Below are positions 4,653 through 5,883 of a DNA stretch of 5,883 nucleotides, one piece after another. Within the stretch, counting starts at the first letter, position 1. Each line of letters starts with the position of its first letter. The translations under genes were made by a program, and so were the position numbers. The notes under the pieces are model-generated. The model searched no databases, was not told where the DNA came from, and saw only the letters and a program-made list of their open reading frames with translations. The stretch covers positions 1 to 5,883 of the IMG/VR virus record IMGVR_UViG_3300045988_069267, one strand, 5' to 3'. Origin of the DNA: a virus.

Positions 4653-4749
4653 GGAGCTTTGCTCCTTTGTTTTGATGGCGCTTTAGCGCCCTGTCGTGTG
4701 GAGCGCACGCGGAACTCGACTTAATGTTTTCGTGATTTCACGAAAACAT
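4653..4749. repeat. Cluster of three palindromes or hairpins between the rep stop codon and the promoter.
   Basis: The three are ggagc-ttt-gctcc (4653..4665), ggcgc-ttta-gcgcc (4677..4690) and the perfect 12-nt arms atgttttcgtga / tcacgaaaacat (4724..4735 and 4738..4749). A degenerate direct copy, atgttttcg-g-ttcacg, lies at 4772..4787 inside the rep 3' end. Confidence 0.8.
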
Positions 4750-4769
4750 CATTTTTAGCGCTGTGCGCG

Positions 4770-5774
4770 TCATGTTTTCGGTTCACGCCATTTTTGCTTT
4801 AGCTTGTCTTTTTCTTTTTGAATGTTGAGATAGGTTTCATAATCTACGCTTGTGCTTTGTTCGAGATTGTTTAAACTTTGTATTGCACTGCGTCTGCGTC
4901 TGGCTCTTACCTCTCTCAGCTCGTCAGAATGTGCCTTAAAATAGCTTTCTGTGTCTTGGCTGGTATCCTTATCTAGAATCTTATCAAAATAGCGTGGCGG
5001 CCTTTTCTCGCGGCCTCCTGCACAGATGATGCTATCTGTTTTTAAGATTTCATCTTTGTGTTCGTTCAGGTACTTTTCGCCGATACCTTTTGACATGATC
5101 CTGAACTCAGGCTCTCTGCCTTCCATCCAGTATTTTGCTGCTTGTTCTGCACCTATGGCTTTTTTGTTGACGTACTGCGCCACATATGCAAAGCTGCCCG
5201 GCTGTGCTGGTGAAAAGTCTATCATGCCTTTGCCCCAGATTTTTTCCAACCATTCGCTTTTAAAATAGCTGTTGCCTTTTTGGTTTTTGTACCATTGCGC
5301 ATCCGGTGGTTTTAGTCCAAATACTATTGCATGATAGTGTGGTCTTTTTGTTCTGTCGCCGTATTCGGCCGCTAGGAAATATTTTATTGGTTTCTTGTAT
5401 GCTTTCCGTAGCCGTTTTATAAACAGCTGTACGTCTCGCTTATTCACTGTCTGGCTTTGAATGCTTCTGTAGCCTTTGATAATCTCTCCGTATGGGATGT
5501 GTTCGTCGTCATAAGTCAGTGTCAGAAAAATCACATCGTCCCACTCTTTTGCTTCCAGTTCTATTCTTGTTGCCCATTGGTCTGCTATCTGTTTTCGGCA
5601 ATATTCGCATTTACCGCATGGTAACAGTGCGAATTTTCCTTTTTTTACTCCGTCCATGATGTTCATTTGCAGTCCTTGCTTTGATAGGTTTTCCAGACTT
5701 CCCCATAGCTGCGGTTTCTTCGTGTCCATCTGGAATACTAATGGTTTTGTACATGGCATTTTTGTTACTGGCAC
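4770..5774 (-). CDS. VP4: Rolling-circle replication initiation protein (VP4, phiX174 A-protein superfamily, HUH endonuclease).
   Basis: This is a 334-aa ORF. It shows motif I FLTLTY, motif II RPHYHAIVF (the HUH motif) and motif III YVAQYVNKK. Motif III is a double-Tyr active site, almost the same as the phiX174 A sequence YVAKYVNKK as I recall it. A Cys cluster LPCGKCEYCR is also present. The track start at 5774 is a GTG with AAGGAAG (5784..5778) just upstream. The ATG at 5759 (MPCTKPL...) is an alternative start. Confidence 0.93.
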   Translation of the reverse strand: MPVTKMPCTKPLVFQMDTKKPQLWGSLENLSKQGLQMNIMDGVKKGKFALLPCGKCEYCRKQIADQWATRIELEAKEWDDVIFLTLTYDDEHIPYGEIIKGYRSIQSQTVNKRDVQLFIKRLRKAYKKPIKYFLAAEYGDRTKRPHYHAIVFGLKPPDAQWYKNQKGNSYFKSEWLEKIWGKGMIDFSPAQPGSFAYVAQYVNKKAIGAEQAAKYWMEGREPEFRIMSKGIGEKYLNEHKDEILKTDSIICAGGREKRPPRYFDKILDKDTSQDTESYFKAHSDELREVRARRRRSAIQSLNNLEQSTSVDYETYLNIQKEKDKLKQKWREPKT

Positions 5775-5828
5775 AAGCTTCCTTGTCTATCTTGTGCCAG
5801 TTGACACCTCGCTTTCTTTATATATTAA

Positions 5829-5883
5829 CTTGTTGTAGTAGTAGTTGTAGTAGTGTTGAAAGTGTTGAAAACTCGTTTTTTTA
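5829..5883. repeat. Second copy of the terminal redundancy, identical to 1..55.
   Basis: Exact 55/55 match to 1..55. The window ends inside the repeat, so this is wrap-around of a circle rather than a biological terminal repeat. Confidence 0.95.

Noticed and set aside
5801-5828. A plus-strand promoter-like sequence, TTGACA (5801..5806), then 16 nt, then TATTAA (5823..5828). It points away from rep and into the iteron array.
   Set aside because: The -10 element is only a 4/6 match. No plus-strand gene or recognisable RNA lies downstream. It could be a chance match in AT-rich DNA. A divergent non-coding or antisense transcript cannot be excluded without transcript data.

Overview
The window is one complete circular ssDNA phage genome of the family Microviridae (gokushovirus-like), with a unit length of 5,828 nt. 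It also carries a 55-nt assembly overlap: 1..55 is identical to 5829..5883. All credible genes are on the minus strand, so the window shows the complement of the mRNA-sense strand, which in Microviridae is the packaged strand. In transcription order the genes are: rolling-circle Rep/VP4 (5774..4770), a 68-aa hypothetical protein, a 126-aa zinc peptidase of the M15/LAS fold (endolysin-like), a small 38- or 62-aa ORF, an 84-aa VP5/protein-C-like protein, a 139-aa putative internal scaffold, major capsid VP1 (551 aa) and pilot/minor capsid VP2 (289 aa). The most interesting points are as follows. (1) An AT-rich accessory cassette (68-aa ORF plus M15 peptidase) has its own near-consensus promoter and sits inside a much more GC-rich structural module. 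An enzymatic lysin is atypical for Microviridae, and I see no holin. (2) The intergenic region is about 498 nt long (5775..5828 plus 1..444). It holds nine iteron-like TGTTGAA repeats, an alternating purine-pyrimidine tract and a nested GC-rich multi-hairpin element that includes a perfect 15-bp stem. (3) An intrinsic-terminator hairpin lies between VP1 and VP2 and also separates the VP2 start codon from its Shine-Dalgarno sequence. (4) A palindrome cluster follows rep. All functional calls rest on motifs read by eye and on recalled family features. No database search was possible.
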